Of a stretch of 64,000 nucleotides of DNA, positions 9,970-19,818 are shown one piece after another (positions within the stretch are counted from its first letter, which is position 1; the number at the start of each line of letters is the position of its first letter). This DNA is from Granulicella sp. (GTDB lineage Bacteria > Acidobacteriota > Terriglobia > Terriglobales > Acidobacteriaceae). Below the pieces are notes generated by a model. That model was not told where the DNA came from. It ran no database searches and saw only the letters and a program-made list of their open reading frames with translations. The stretch lies in the NCBI GenBank assembly GCA_027339965.1, contig DAHWNL010000078.1:1-64000 (forward strand). The letters run 5' to 3'. A program made the position numbers and the translations under genes.

Positions 9970-10545
9970 ATGGCGGCACTGATCGAAGCGATTCACGTCA
10001 AACGCAAGACCATGTTCGAGTTTGAAAACGCGCCGTACGTCTGTCTGGATTCAGATATCACCACGCCCACCGCGCGCGGCGGGCAGACGCTGGTACGCTT
10101 GAAGATGCGAAATCTGCTCACCAGCGCCGTCTTCGAGAAGTCCTTCAAGGCCGGCGACAAGTTCAAAGAGCCGGACATGATTTCGGTTCCAGCTACTTAT
10201 CTGTATAGCGACAGCGATGGATCCTACTTCCTGGACCAGGAGAGCTTTGAGACCTTGACCCTGCGCGGCGAGATGCTGGGAGATGCCCTGGATTACCTCA
10301 TCGACGGAACCACGGTTCAGATTCACAAATACAATGGAAGCCCAATCGGACTCCAGCTACCGATCTTTGTTGAGATGAACGTGTCCTACACCGAACCGGC
10401 GGTACGCGGGGACACATCCAGCGGCAGTAGCGCTAAGCTGGCGCGCCTGGAAACAGGACTGGAGATTCGCGTGCCTCTGTTTCTCAAGGAAGGGGAGAAG
10501 ATCAGGGTCTCCACCGAGTCGGGGGAGTTCGTCGGCCGGGCTTGA
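9970..10545 (+). CDS. Elongation factor P family protein with an EfpL/YeiP-type PTARG loop
   Basis: EF-P fold motifs (MRNLLT..EKSFKAGDKF, YLYSD, PAVRGDT, LETG.EI.VPLF). GGGAGGAG RBS precedes ATG 9970. Confidence 0.88.
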   Translation: MAALIEAIHVKRKTMFEFENAPYVCLDSDITTPTARGGQTLVRLKMRNLLTSAVFEKSFKAGDKFKEPDMISVPATYLYSDSDGSYFLDQESFETLTLRGEMLGDALDYLIDGTTVQIHKYNGSPIGLQLPIFVEMNVSYTEPAVRGDTSSGSSAKLARLETGLEIRVPLFLKEGEKIRVSTESGEFVGRA

Positions 10546-10554
10546 AACAAATCC

Positions 10555-11451
10555 CTACATGAGCTCCTCGATAAACGCGCGGGCAGTCTCGCTCGGAATA
10601 CGATAGCTCTGATGAACCAATGGGCCCTGTTCAAGTACGGGTTCCATCTCCTGGAGCGAGGCCTGATCCGTCCGTTCGAAAAACTTTCCGATGGGAATCT
10701 CTTCACCCCAGATCTGCGACTTGGCCAAAGCAGCTTCCAGATTGGAAGCATCATAGGTGAAATCGTCTTCCAGACGCTTGACCCGCGGCCGGAACCACTG
10801 AACCGTATTGTCGTGGTTGAAAGTCACACACGGGCTGAAAACATCAATAAATGAAAAGCCTTTGTGCGCAATGCCCTGTTTGATAAGCTCGGTCAGGTGT
10901 TTCTGATCGGCGCTGAAGCCGCGGGCCACAAACGTGGCTCCCGCGGCCAGGGCCAGAGCAACGGGGTTTACCGGATTCTCCACATTACCGTACGGCGTGC
11001 TCTTGGTTTTCATGGCCATGCGGCTAGTGGGCGAAGTCTGGCCTGTGGTAAGGCCGTAGATCTGATTGTCCATCACAATGTAGGTAAGATCCGCATTGCG
11101 GCGCATGGAATGAACGAAGTGGCCGCAACCAATGCCGAAGCCGTCGCCGTCCCCGCCGGTCACCAGCACGGTGAGAGCATGGTTTGCCAGCTTGACCCCG
11201 GTGGCCACCGGCAGTGCGCGGCCATGGAGGGTATGCATCCCGTAAGTCTCAATGAACCCGGGAAAGTTCGAGGAGCAACCGATGCCGCTGATGGTGCAGA
11301 CATCATGCGGTTGTATCTGCAGCTCGACAAGCGCCTTTTGAACCGCGGCAAGAACTCCATAATCTCCACAGCCGGGGCACCAATCCGGTTCTACACGACC
11401 CTTCAGGTCCGCCATGGTGATTGTGTTCGGGGTAACAACTTCAGTCGCCAT
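10555..11451 (-). CDS. 2-oxoacid:ferredoxin oxidoreductase beta subunit
   Basis: WCPGCGD, SGIGCSS, HGRALP, GGDGDG (TPP-binding) and YGLTTGQTSPT motifs. Confidence 0.95.
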   Translation of the reverse strand: MATEVVTPNTITMADLKGRVEPDWCPGCGDYGVLAAVQKALVELQIQPHDVCTISGIGCSSNFPGFIETYGMHTLHGRALPVATGVKLANHALTVLVTGGDGDGFGIGCGHFVHSMRRNADLTYIVMDNQIYGLTTGQTSPTSRMAMKTKSTPYGNVENPVNPVALALAAGATFVARGFSADQKHLTELIKQGIAHKGFSFIDVFSPCVTFNHDNTVQWFRPRVKRLEDDFTYDASNLEAALAKSQIWGEEIPIGKFFERTDQASLQEMEPVLEQGPLVHQSYRIPSETARAFIEELM

Positions 11452-11522
11452 CGTGATTCTCCTGATTCGCTTTCTTCCCCGGGAAGCCTCGGTGAAGCCT
11501 CCATGCGGGAGTGTTATGGCAC

Positions 11523-13301
11523 TTACACCATCACTTCATGAGCCGGCACGGAGAGCTTCGCCCGGCCCGCAAGCTGGTCCTTGACAGCCGTTACAATTTG
11601 CTCCGCGAAAAAGGGCTCGCCGTCATACTTGCGAATATAGCCATTGGCGACGAAGCTGGTCTCGCTGCGCAGATAGCGGGCAAATTGGCCGCTGAAGTTG
11701 TTCTCCACGATGATCGTGTGGCGCATCTTGCGGAGCAGGTCCAGAATCGTGTCTCCATGCAGTGGAACCAGCCAGCGGATAGGCAGGTGGTTGGCCCTGA
11801 TGCCCTGCTCGCCGAGGATTTCGCAGGCCTCCTGAATGACGCCGTACGTGGATCCCCAGCCAATGAGCGTTACCTCGGCATCCTGCGGCCCCAGTAACTG
11901 CGGCGGTGCCACCGCGGCGGCGATGCCGTCTACCTTGCGCATTCGCTTTTCCATCATGGCGCGGCGTTTGGCATGGTTGGTGTAGGCATCGCTGATCAGC
12001 ACTCCATCTTCGTCGTGCTCATCGCTGGAGACCACATGCGTGTGGCCCGCGACGCCTGGAATCACTCGCGGAGAGACGCCGCTGGGGGTGATCTTGTAAC
12101 GTTGGTAGGGCTCAATGTCGCCCTTGCCATTGCTGGTGATCAACGCGCCCCGATCCACATGCGGAGCAAAGTCCAGTACCGACGGCTCGACACTGAGACG
12201 GCCCTCGGAGAGCAGCAGGTCGCAGAGCACGATGCCGGGGCATTGAAAGCGGTCCGTGACGTTGAAGATCTCCGCCATCAGCGTGAAGCAGTCGGCGATA
12301 TCCAGCGGAGCGGCAATCACCCTGGGATAGTCGCCAAAGGCCGCACCCAGCATCTGCCAAAGATCGCCCTGCTCGGTCTTGGTGGGCACACCGGTGGATG
12401 GACCAGCTCGCTGGCAGTCGATGACGACCACCGGGATCTCCGCCTGTGCAGAGAGTCCCAGGCCTTCGCTCATCAGAGCGAATCCGCCTCCCGAGGTTGC
12501 GCACATGGAGCGAGCCCCGGCGTGTGCGGCGCCGATCGCCATGTTGATCACTCCAATCTCATCCTCCACCTGACGAACCATGATGCCGGCCTTGCGGCCA
12601 TGCTGAGCCATCCAGTGCAAAACGCCCGTGGCCGGGCTCATGGGGTAGGCGCAGTAGAATTTGACGCCGGCCGCGGCAGCTCCCATGGCCATGGCCGTGT
12701 TTCCACTCAGTGCCGCATATCTCTTCGCAGTTGCGGGAAGAGCATGAGGGAAGGGGGTGAAGTTTTGCGCAGCATACTCATAGCCGGCGCGGGCCAACGT
12801 GACATTCTCCTGGATGACGGCGCTGCCCTTGCTGCGGAACTGCGCCTCCAGGATGCTCTCCAGGGCATCGAACTCGATGCCCATCAAACTCAGGGCAGCG
12901 CCAATGGCCAGAGTGTTCTGCGCAATCTTGTTGCGGCTGATATCCGCCAGCTTCGAGGCCGGCAACGGACACAGCGCGACGCCATCGGGAGGCGCGCCGG
13001 GATGGATGGTGTCCGCGTTGTATAAACAGACGCCGCCCGATCGCAGCAGGCGTAGATGGCGGTCCACCGTATCCTGATTCAATGGAATCAGTAAATCCAG
13101 TTGACCATGAATGGCGCCGACCGGATCCACACTGACGCGAATGGTAAGAAAGGTGTGACCGCCGCGGATGATCGACTGATACGCGTTGTAGGCGTTCAGA
13201 TGGAGTCCGCGACGCGTAAAGATCTTGGCAAAGATATCGCCCGGAGAGGCCACGCCCTGACCCGCGGCGCCGCCGATACCGATACTGAAGGACTGCCTCA
13301 T
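11523..13301 (-). CDS. 2-oxoacid:ferredoxin oxidoreductase alpha subunit (gamma-alpha fusion)
   Basis: GGAAGQG, YPMSPA, QVEDE, TSGGGFALM and QRAGPSTGVPTK motifs. GGGGAG RBS upstream of ATG 13301. Confidence 0.95.
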   Translation of the reverse strand: MRQSFSIGIGGAAGQGVASPGDIFAKIFTRRGLHLNAYNAYQSIIRGGHTFLTIRVSVDPVGAIHGQLDLLIPLNQDTVDRHLRLLRSGGVCLYNADTIHPGAPPDGVALCPLPASKLADISRNKIAQNTLAIGAALSLMGIEFDALESILEAQFRSKGSAVIQENVTLARAGYEYAAQNFTPFPHALPATAKRYAALSGNTAMAMGAAAAGVKFYCAYPMSPATGVLHWMAQHGRKAGIMVRQVEDEIGVINMAIGAAHAGARSMCATSGGGFALMSEGLGLSAQAEIPVVVIDCQRAGPSTGVPTKTEQGDLWQMLGAAFGDYPRVIAAPLDIADCFTLMAEIFNVTDRFQCPGIVLCDLLLSEGRLSVEPSVLDFAPHVDRGALITSNGKGDIEPYQRYKITPSGVSPRVIPGVAGHTHVVSSDEHDEDGVLISDAYTNHAKRRAMMEKRMRKVDGIAAAVAPPQLLGPQDAEVTLIGWGSTYGVIQEACEILGEQGIRANHLPIRWLVPLHGDTILDLLRKMRHTIIVENNFSGQFARYLRSETSFVANGYIRKYDGEPFFAEQIVTAVKDQLAGRAKLSVPAHEVMV

Positions 13302-13571
13302 GAAAGACTCTCCCCTCCGGCGTTGCACATTAGAATTCACCCCCGCCGGCAAAAAACGAATCACATGGATCCTAATGGCAGCCTATGAAAGGTGGCAAGT
13401 CGGCAACTGCGCCTTCTGCCGATTCCGCGAAGGCTTGGAACCGGTCAGCGTCTTGCTGCTACATTGATTTCTTGGAGATGCTGCTCCCCCACCGGCCAGG
13501 AACTTCGTTCCAAAACAATGCCCGTGCATACGACCGGTGTTCCGCAACTTCAGTCCACCCTGAGAGGTTCC

Positions 13572-16500
13572 ATGCCCCTGTCCCGACGATCCTTTTTGAA
13601 GAGTTCTGTCCTGGCCGCCGGTGAGATGGCTCTGCCCGCGATGGCCGCTGCGGATCCTGCCTCCGCCATAGCCACGCACGCAGGCCTTGAAGCAACGGAG
13701 GCGAACGGAAGGTCCGTCACCGAGGCAGCCATCGCTCCGACGGCAGAGTTTACCCGCGGCGTCGGCATCTATCCGGGCTTTGCCGGCGAGGTCTCTTCCC
13801 CTGCGCTCCGACGGGACCCTACAACCTATCGCAACCTTGCGCTGCGGCGCGCCGCCCGGCACTCCAGCAGCTATGATTACAACCTGACCGCGCAACTGAT
13901 CACGGACGGAATCCGTGACACGACTCTACCCCGCTGGGTTGCTGTCTCTACCAGCAGCGAAGGAGAGCTCTCCAAACCCAACCGCGAGATCCTCCTGGAC
14001 CACTTCCCTCCCGTCGGGCTCTCGCTGGATGGCCGCAAGGTTTGGGTCCAGGTGCAGAGCATGGGGGGAGCAGCCCCTCCAGTGGTAGACCGGCTGCGAG
14101 TTTTCGCTACGCTTCCGGACTCTCTTCCGGCCAAGGATATCCGGATCTCCGTGGAAGTCTCCCAGGACGGACGCCGTTGGGATCTGGCCGGCGAGCTGAC
14201 GGCGCCGTCCTTGGCGGCGGCGGAGGACTACTCCTCCAATCTGGTTCAGGGAACAAATCGGTTCTACCCTTGGTTATCCTTACGCTACCCCAGCCGGAGC
14301 CGATTCTATCGCGTAACCTGCGAATTGCTGCACCCTGCAGCCTTGGAAACCATCCGATGGATGATCGGTCAGGTCGAGTTCTACTGCACAGGACAGCGAG
14401 TTCCGATCGGCGGGCCGAGCGAATTCACCAGCGCATGGATGAGCGCCGGCTCCGGAGAGGAGTGGGTCTCGGTGGACCTGGGAGCCGCAGGTAGCATCGA
14501 TCGCATCGCCCTGTATTGGATCGCACCAGCGGCGGAGGGAAAGATTCAGGTCTCGCAGGATGAACAGACCTGGACAGACCTCCATCCTTTGGGCGCACCT
14601 GCGGCTTCTGCTGCGTTGGCGACGGGCGGCGCGCGTGCTGAGAACAGCCCCAGAGTGGAAGAGATTCACCTTCCTCAAGCCGTCGAAGCGCGTTACGTGC
14701 GCGTCTGGATGAACCGACCTGCCACGCCCTATGGTTACATTCTGAGTGAGCTTGAGGTTTGGGGCCGAGGCGGCCTTGTGCCGTCCCCGGTTGAATCTGC
14801 GCTCGAGGGCTTTCGTACCCAAGCCGGCCCGATCAACATCACCAGCGGTGCATGGCGCGTCGAACGCAGCAGCGTGGTCAAGAGCGACGGACACGCTCTA
14901 TCACGCGCAGGCTTCCGCGATGACCCATGGCTTCCGGCCTCGCTTCCCGGCAGCGTGCTTACCTCTTTTTACAACGCGGGGGCAATCGCGGATCCCAACT
15001 TCGGGGAGAACCAGCTCTACATCTCCGACTCTTACTTCTGCTCCGACTTCTGGTATCGAACAGAATTTGACACCCCCTGGGCAGACGATGATGCTCGGCC
15101 GGAAGGGGTCACATGGCTGGACTTCGCCGGCATTAACTGGAAAGCGCAGATCTTTCTCAACGGCGAGGCGCTGGGAAAGATCCAGGGCGGATTTTTGCAC
15201 AAACGCTTCAACGTAACCGGCAAGCTGCAGTCAGGCAGAAAAAATGCGCTGGCGGTTTGGATCGAAAAGAATCAGACTCCGGGCAGCACCAAGCAGAAGA
15301 CCTTTGAGAACCCAAGCCGTAACGGAGGAGCCCTGGGCGCGGACAATCCTACCTTTCATGCCTCCATCGGCTGGGACTGGATTCCAACCATTCGCGGACG
15401 CAACACCGGTATCTGGGCTCCGATCACTCTCTATCGAACCGGAGCCGTCACGATCGAGGAACCCTTTGTCGACTCAACACTGCCCCTGCCGGACACCTCG
15501 CGAGCATCCATTCGAATCGAAGTGAAGCTGCGAAACCATGCGTCCAGGGCTGTACAAGCCACCCTGCGGGCGCGCTTCGGCTCCATCCAGGTTCAGCAGG
15601 AGATACACCTTCCGGCGCAGTCCGTCAGCGTAGCCAGTTTCTCGCCTTCGGGTTACCCTGAGATGCTGATCCTGCAACCCAGGCTGTGGTGGCCCACCGG
15701 CTATGGCGAGCCTTATCTCTATTCGGTAGAGCTGAACCTTGAAACAGTGGACGGCGCCTTGCTGGACAGCAGGAAATTCGAGTTCGGCATCCGCCAGATG
15801 AGTTACAGCGAAGACGGCGGCAGGCTGAAGATCTTCATCAACGGTCGCCGCTTCGTTTGCCGCGGTGGCAACTGGGGATTCAGCGAGTCGATGCTGCGCT
15901 ACCGGGCGCGCGAGTACGAAGCAGCCGTGCGCTATCACCGCGAGATGAACTTCACCATGATCCGCAACTGGGTGGGGCAGGTGGGCGAGGAGGCGTTCTA
16001 TGAGGCCTGCGACCGCAACGGCGTCATGGTGTGGCAGGACTTTTGGCTGGCCAATCCCTGGGATGGACCCGATCCAGACAACGACTCCATGTTCATGGCC
16101 AACGCCAGAGATCTTCTCTTACGCATCCGCAACCATGCTTCGATCGGACTATACTGCGGCCGCAATGAGGGCTACCCACCTCAACCGCTCGATGCGGCGC
16201 TGCGCCAGGCACTGGCAGAGTTGCATCCGGGTATCCATTACATTCCCAGCTCCGCAGACGACGTGGTCAGCGGGCACGGACCTTACCATGCCCTGCCACC
16301 GGCGAAGTACTACGAAATTGCCGATCCTCGGCTGCATAGCGAGATCGGCATGCCCAACATACCCCCGATCGAAAGCGTGCGCCGCATGATGCCTCAGGAC
16401 GCTCTGTGGCCCCAAGGACTGCAGTGGGGGCTGCATGACTTCTGCCTGCAAGGGGCGCAAGGCGCCGCATCCTTCCGCAGCATCATTGACGTCAGTTATG

Positions 16501-17297
16501 GCGGTGCCGAGAGCGTGGAGGAATGGGTCTCTCTGGCGCAGTTTGTCAACTTTGAAGGCTATCGGGCGATGTTTGAGTCACAGAGCCGATATCGCGCCGG
16601 GCTGCTGCTGTGGATGAGCCATCCCTGCTGGCCGTCGTTCGTCTGGCAGACCTACGACTACTTCTTCGAGCCCACCGCAGCGTACTTCGGCTGCAAGTTG
16701 GCCTCCGAGCCGCTGCATATTCAATGGAACCGTGATCAGGAGACCGTCGAGGTGGTCAACTACAGCGCCGGCGACCGGCGGCGGCTCAAGGCCAGCGTCG
16801 AGATTTTGAACCTGGACGGCTCACGCATGGCGATGAAGGGGATTGCGCTGAAGAGCATGGAAGACAGCACGGTGACCGCAATGGCTCTGGAATATCCGCA
16901 AGGGCTCTCTTCGGTCCACTTTCTCCGTCTCAAGCTCATGGATGGCGATAAGGTGCTTTCCTCCAACGACTATATGCGCGGTCTGGTCGAGGGCGACTAT
17001 CGCGCCATCCGCCAGCTGGCCAAAGCCCGGGTGACCGAGCAGACCACCACCGAGCGCCATGGGCAAAGGTGGCTGCTGACCACCGTCCTTCAGAACACTT
17101 CTTCCTGGCCGTCGCTGATGACGCGGCTGAAAGCGGTGCGCGCGCAGAGCGGCGACCGCATTCTGCCCGCAATTTACAGTGAAAATTACCTTATGCTGAT
17201 GCCCGGCGAGCGCCGAACCGTGACCACCGAACTGCAACATGCGGACACTCGGGGCGAAGCCCCGGCGATCGTGCTGGACGGATTCAACCTGGCTTGA
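13572..17297 (+). CDS. Tat-exported GH2 glycoside hydrolase (exo-beta-glucosaminidase/beta-mannosidase-like) with discoidin (F5/8C) domains
   Basis: SRRSFLK twin-arginine signal; EWVSVDLG discoidin motif; GWDWIP, LWWP.GYGEP.LY, GGNWG, IRNWVG, WQDFW and RNEG catalytic-region motifs. Confidence 0.88.
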   Translation: MPLSRRSFLKSSVLAAGEMALPAMAAADPASAIATHAGLEATEANGRSVTEAAIAPTAEFTRGVGIYPGFAGEVSSPALRRDPTTYRNLALRRAARHSSSYDYNLTAQLITDGIRDTTLPRWVAVSTSSEGELSKPNREILLDHFPPVGLSLDGRKVWVQVQSMGGAAPPVVDRLRVFATLPDSLPAKDIRISVEVSQDGRRWDLAGELTAPSLAAAEDYSSNLVQGTNRFYPWLSLRYPSRSRFYRVTCELLHPAALETIRWMIGQVEFYCTGQRVPIGGPSEFTSAWMSAGSGEEWVSVDLGAAGSIDRIALYWIAPAAEGKIQVSQDEQTWTDLHPLGAPAASAALATGGARAENSPRVEEIHLPQAVEARYVRVWMNRPATPYGYILSELEVWGRGGLVPSPVESALEGFRTQAGPINITSGAWRVERSSVVKSDGHALSRAGFRDDPWLPASLPGSVLTSFYNAGAIADPNFGENQLYISDSYFCSDFWYRTEFDTPWADDDARPEGVTWLDFAGINWKAQIFLNGEALGKIQGGFLHKRFNVTGKLQSGRKNALAVWIEKNQTPGSTKQKTFENPSRNGGALGADNPTFHASIGWDWIPTIRGRNTGIWAPITLYRTGAVTIEEPFVDSTLPLPDTSRASIRIEVKLRNHASRAVQATLRARFGSIQVQQEIHLPAQSVSVASFSPSGYPEMLILQPRLWWPTGYGEPYLYSVELNLETVDGALLDSRKFEFGIRQMSYSEDGGRLKIFINGRRFVCRGGNWGFSESMLRYRAREYEAAVRYHREMNFTMIRNWVGQVGEEAFYEACDRNGVMVWQDFWLANPWDGPDPDNDSMFMANARDLLLRIRNHASIGLYCGRNEGYPPQPLDAALRQALAELHPGIHYIPSSADDVVSGHGPYHALPPAKYYEIADPRLHSEIGMPNIPPIESVRRMMPQDALWPQGLQWGLHDFCLQGAQGAASFRSIIDVSYGGAESVEEWVSLAQFVNFEGYRAMFESQSRYRAGLLLWMSHPCWPSFVWQTYDYFFEPTAAYFGCKLASEPLHIQWNRDQETVEVVNYSAGDRRRLKASVEILNLDGSRMAMKGIALKSMEDSTVTAMALEYPQGLSSVHFLRLKLMDGDKVLSSNDYMRGLVEGDYRAIRQLAKARVTEQTTTERHGQRWLLTTVLQNTSSWPSLMTRLKAVRAQSGDRILPAIYSENYLMLMPGERRTVTTELQHADTRGEAPAIVLDGFNLA

Positions 17298-17741
17298 CGA
17301 AGCCGGCGCAGGCGCGCCTGCAACCAGTTCCAGAGGGGCTCGTCAACTGCGCAGCTACACCAACCGCATGGACATCGGCTCGCCAAGGCCGTACCTTCGT
17401 CAACATGGCCTGTCCTTCTTGGCGTGCCGATCCGAATCGCATTTGCGCAACCGACGGCGATTCACGAATCTCGAAACCCGAAACTCGGTCGCTCACTCTT
17501 GAACTCGCTCGCTGGTTCTCCGACAAGGGTCGGATTTGGCAGACGCTTTGACAAGACCCTTTGACGAGACTCGAAAAGAGGGCCACTTCGCCGTCACTCT
17601 TGACGTCAAAGGAAGAGTGGGCAAATGCGGCGCTGCCGTGACTGCCTCGCCGTAACGGCCTCACAGATTCGCCCGCGCAGGCTAATCCTGGATCGCGGGA
17701 AAGATTATCGATCTTCCTCCAACTAGATCATCGGGAGTCCT

Positions 17742-18242
17742 ATGACCATCGTCTTTCGTATCCTTCGACTGATTGCACTCTCACTCTGGACAGGCGGCCT
17801 GGTCTTCTTCATCTTCGTGGCCGCAGTGGCCTTTCGCACCTTACCCAACGCGGAGCTTGCGGGGCTCATGGTACGTGCATCCTTGATCTCGCTCCACCAC
17901 CTTGGCCTGGCGTGCGGTCTTGTCTATCTAATATTGACTCTTCTGCTGGTGGCAACCCAACGGGACACGCACCCGGTGCGGGGGATCGAACTATTGCTGG
18001 CGACCGTCATGCTTGTGATCACGGCGTACTCGCAATACTCGATCATGCCCCAGATGGAGGCATACCGAATCTCGGTGGGAGGCGACATCAGCCAAGCTCC
18101 GCCGGAAGCTCCAGCAAGAGTGAACTTTGAGCATCTGCATCAAGTCTCCGTGCGTATGGAGAGCGCGGTCTTGTTGCAGGGCCTGGTGCTTCTCGGGCTG
18201 GCCAGCTTCCAAAGGCGCAACGACTACAACCGACTTACGTAG
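17742..18242 (+). CDS. DUF4149-like four-TM membrane protein
   Basis: LW.GGL.FF..VA..AF motif and F..LH..SV..E C-terminus. GGGAG RBS. Confidence 0.75.
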   Translation: MTIVFRILRLIALSLWTGGLVFFIFVAAVAFRTLPNAELAGLMVRASLISLHHLGLACGLVYLILTLLLVATQRDTHPVRGIELLLATVMLVITAYSQYSIMPQMEAYRISVGGDISQAPPEAPARVNFEHLHQVSVRMESAVLLQGLVLLGLASFQRRNDYNRLT

Positions 18243-18485
18243 AGAGTGTTGCGCGAAGGTGGCCTGTGATGGAGCAACCCTCCAGAGGTTGGTTCAGAGA
18301 TTGCCCCGAAACAACGAGCGAGGTGCCGCAAAGGGTGGTGCGGCCCAGCCGGGCACGTGGAAGGTCTTGCCTCTGCCGTCGATGGCAGCCAAGGGGACGA
18401 TGGCCTGGTTGCAACGACCGACGACACTGCGCGCCGCTATCAAAACGCAAGAGTTATCCCAGGAATATTTGGAAGATATCAAACA

Positions 18486-18520
18486 CAAAGGGCCGCTGGG
18501 GGGTGCCAGCCGGCCCTTTG
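18486..18520. terminator. Hairpin, possibly a bidirectional intrinsic terminator
   Basis: CAAAGGGCCG...CGGCCCTTTG 10-bp stem plus inner CTGG/CCAG pairing, flanked by short T-runs on both strands. Confidence 0.45.
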
Positions 18521-18766
18521 CTTTCAAATCGCGCCTCCTATCAAGGGATGCAACCGGTGGGGGGTCGTCCCGACCAGAGGCGCTAATCGATTATGACACA
18601 AAATCGTGGTCTCTGGAGATACAATTTGTGCGCTCGGCTTCGGTACTAAAATAAAAAAAAGTCTGGATTTGATTTAGGGACCGTAAGGTCTTCCGACATG
18701 ACTTCATCTGGCGGAAATCCGGCTGAAGCCCTGTGTCGGTTCGTTACCGAGTTGAGGAGCACTTCC

Positions 18767-19774
18767 ATGGCGGAGATTCGAGGATTAGCTACCCATGCGG
18801 CGGGTGCCCAGCTCCTGCCCTACAAGTACACCGTCGGCGAATTGGGATCGCATGAGGTGGAGATCCGAATCTCCCACTGCGGCATCTGCCACTCCGATCT
18901 TCATCTCATCAACAACGATTGGGGATTCAGCAAGTATCCCTTTATTCCCGGTCACGAGATTGTGGGAACCGTCACTGCCGTGGGATCCGAAGTATCTACC
19001 CATAAGGTTGGGGCGCGCGTCGGCGTCGGCTGGCAGGCGGACTCTTGCGGTGTCTGCGAGTGGTGCCGGCAAGGGGACGATCACCTCTGCCCCAGGTCCC
19101 AACCCACCTGTGTGGGCCGCCATGGAGGCTACGCCGATTCCATCCGGGTAAACGCCCGGTTCGCCATACCGGTGCCGGAGGCCCTGGAGAGTGAAAATGT
19201 AGCTCCTCTGCTGTGTGCCGGAATCACTGTGTACAGTCCACTGCGAAATCTTCTGGCCCGACCCGCTTCGCGCGTCGGCGTGGTGGGGATTGGCGGCCTG
19301 GGGCATCTTGCCTTGCAGTTCGCGCGGGCCTTTGGCTGCGAGGTTACCGCCTTTTCCAGCAGCAAGGACAAGGAGACTGAGGCCCGTAAGCTGGGAGCGG
19401 AGCACTTTGTGAACACCCGTGAGAACGGCGAGATCAAGAAAGCGACGGGAAGTCTGGACCTTTTGCTCTCCACGGTCTCCGCCGACCAGGACTTTCAAAG
19501 TTTTCTGGCTCTGCTGCGGCCCAAAGGGACGCTGGTGGTCCTCGGAGCGTCGCCTTCTCCCCTGCAGATTCCGGCCTTCAGCCTGATTCTGGGGCAGAAG
19601 GCCGTCGCCGGCAGTCCAACCGGGAGTCCTCGGGACCTGCACGAGATGCTGGACGTAGCGGCGCGGCACCAGGTGCGGGCCATCACGGAGCGGTTTGCCA
19701 TGAAGGATGCCAACAAGGCAGCGGAGAAGGTCAAGAAGAACCAGGTTCGCTATCGTGCTGTACTGGCCAACTGA
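18767..19774 (+). CDS. Zn-dependent NAD(P)H aldehyde reductase / cinnamyl-alcohol dehydrogenase family
   Basis: CGICHSD, GHE, structural Zn CGVCEWC...C, PLLCAGITVY and GIGGLGH motifs. GAGGAG RBS. Confidence 0.93.
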   Translation: MAEIRGLATHAAGAQLLPYKYTVGELGSHEVEIRISHCGICHSDLHLINNDWGFSKYPFIPGHEIVGTVTAVGSEVSTHKVGARVGVGWQADSCGVCEWCRQGDDHLCPRSQPTCVGRHGGYADSIRVNARFAIPVPEALESENVAPLLCAGITVYSPLRNLLARPASRVGVVGIGGLGHLALQFARAFGCEVTAFSSSKDKETEARKLGAEHFVNTRENGEIKKATGSLDLLLSTVSADQDFQSFLALLRPKGTLVVLGASPSPLQIPAFSLILGQKAVAGSPTGSPRDLHEMLDVAARHQVRAITERFAMKDANKAAEKVKKNQVRYRAVLAN

Positions 19775-19818
19775 GCAGAATCCACTTCCACCGCCGCCCA
19801 GACAAGATCATCTCGCCG

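Noticed and set aside
18243..18766. Possible small ORFs or sRNA between the DUF4149 and ADH genes
   Set aside because: The ORFs lack convincing RBS or motifs; only a hairpin is supportable.
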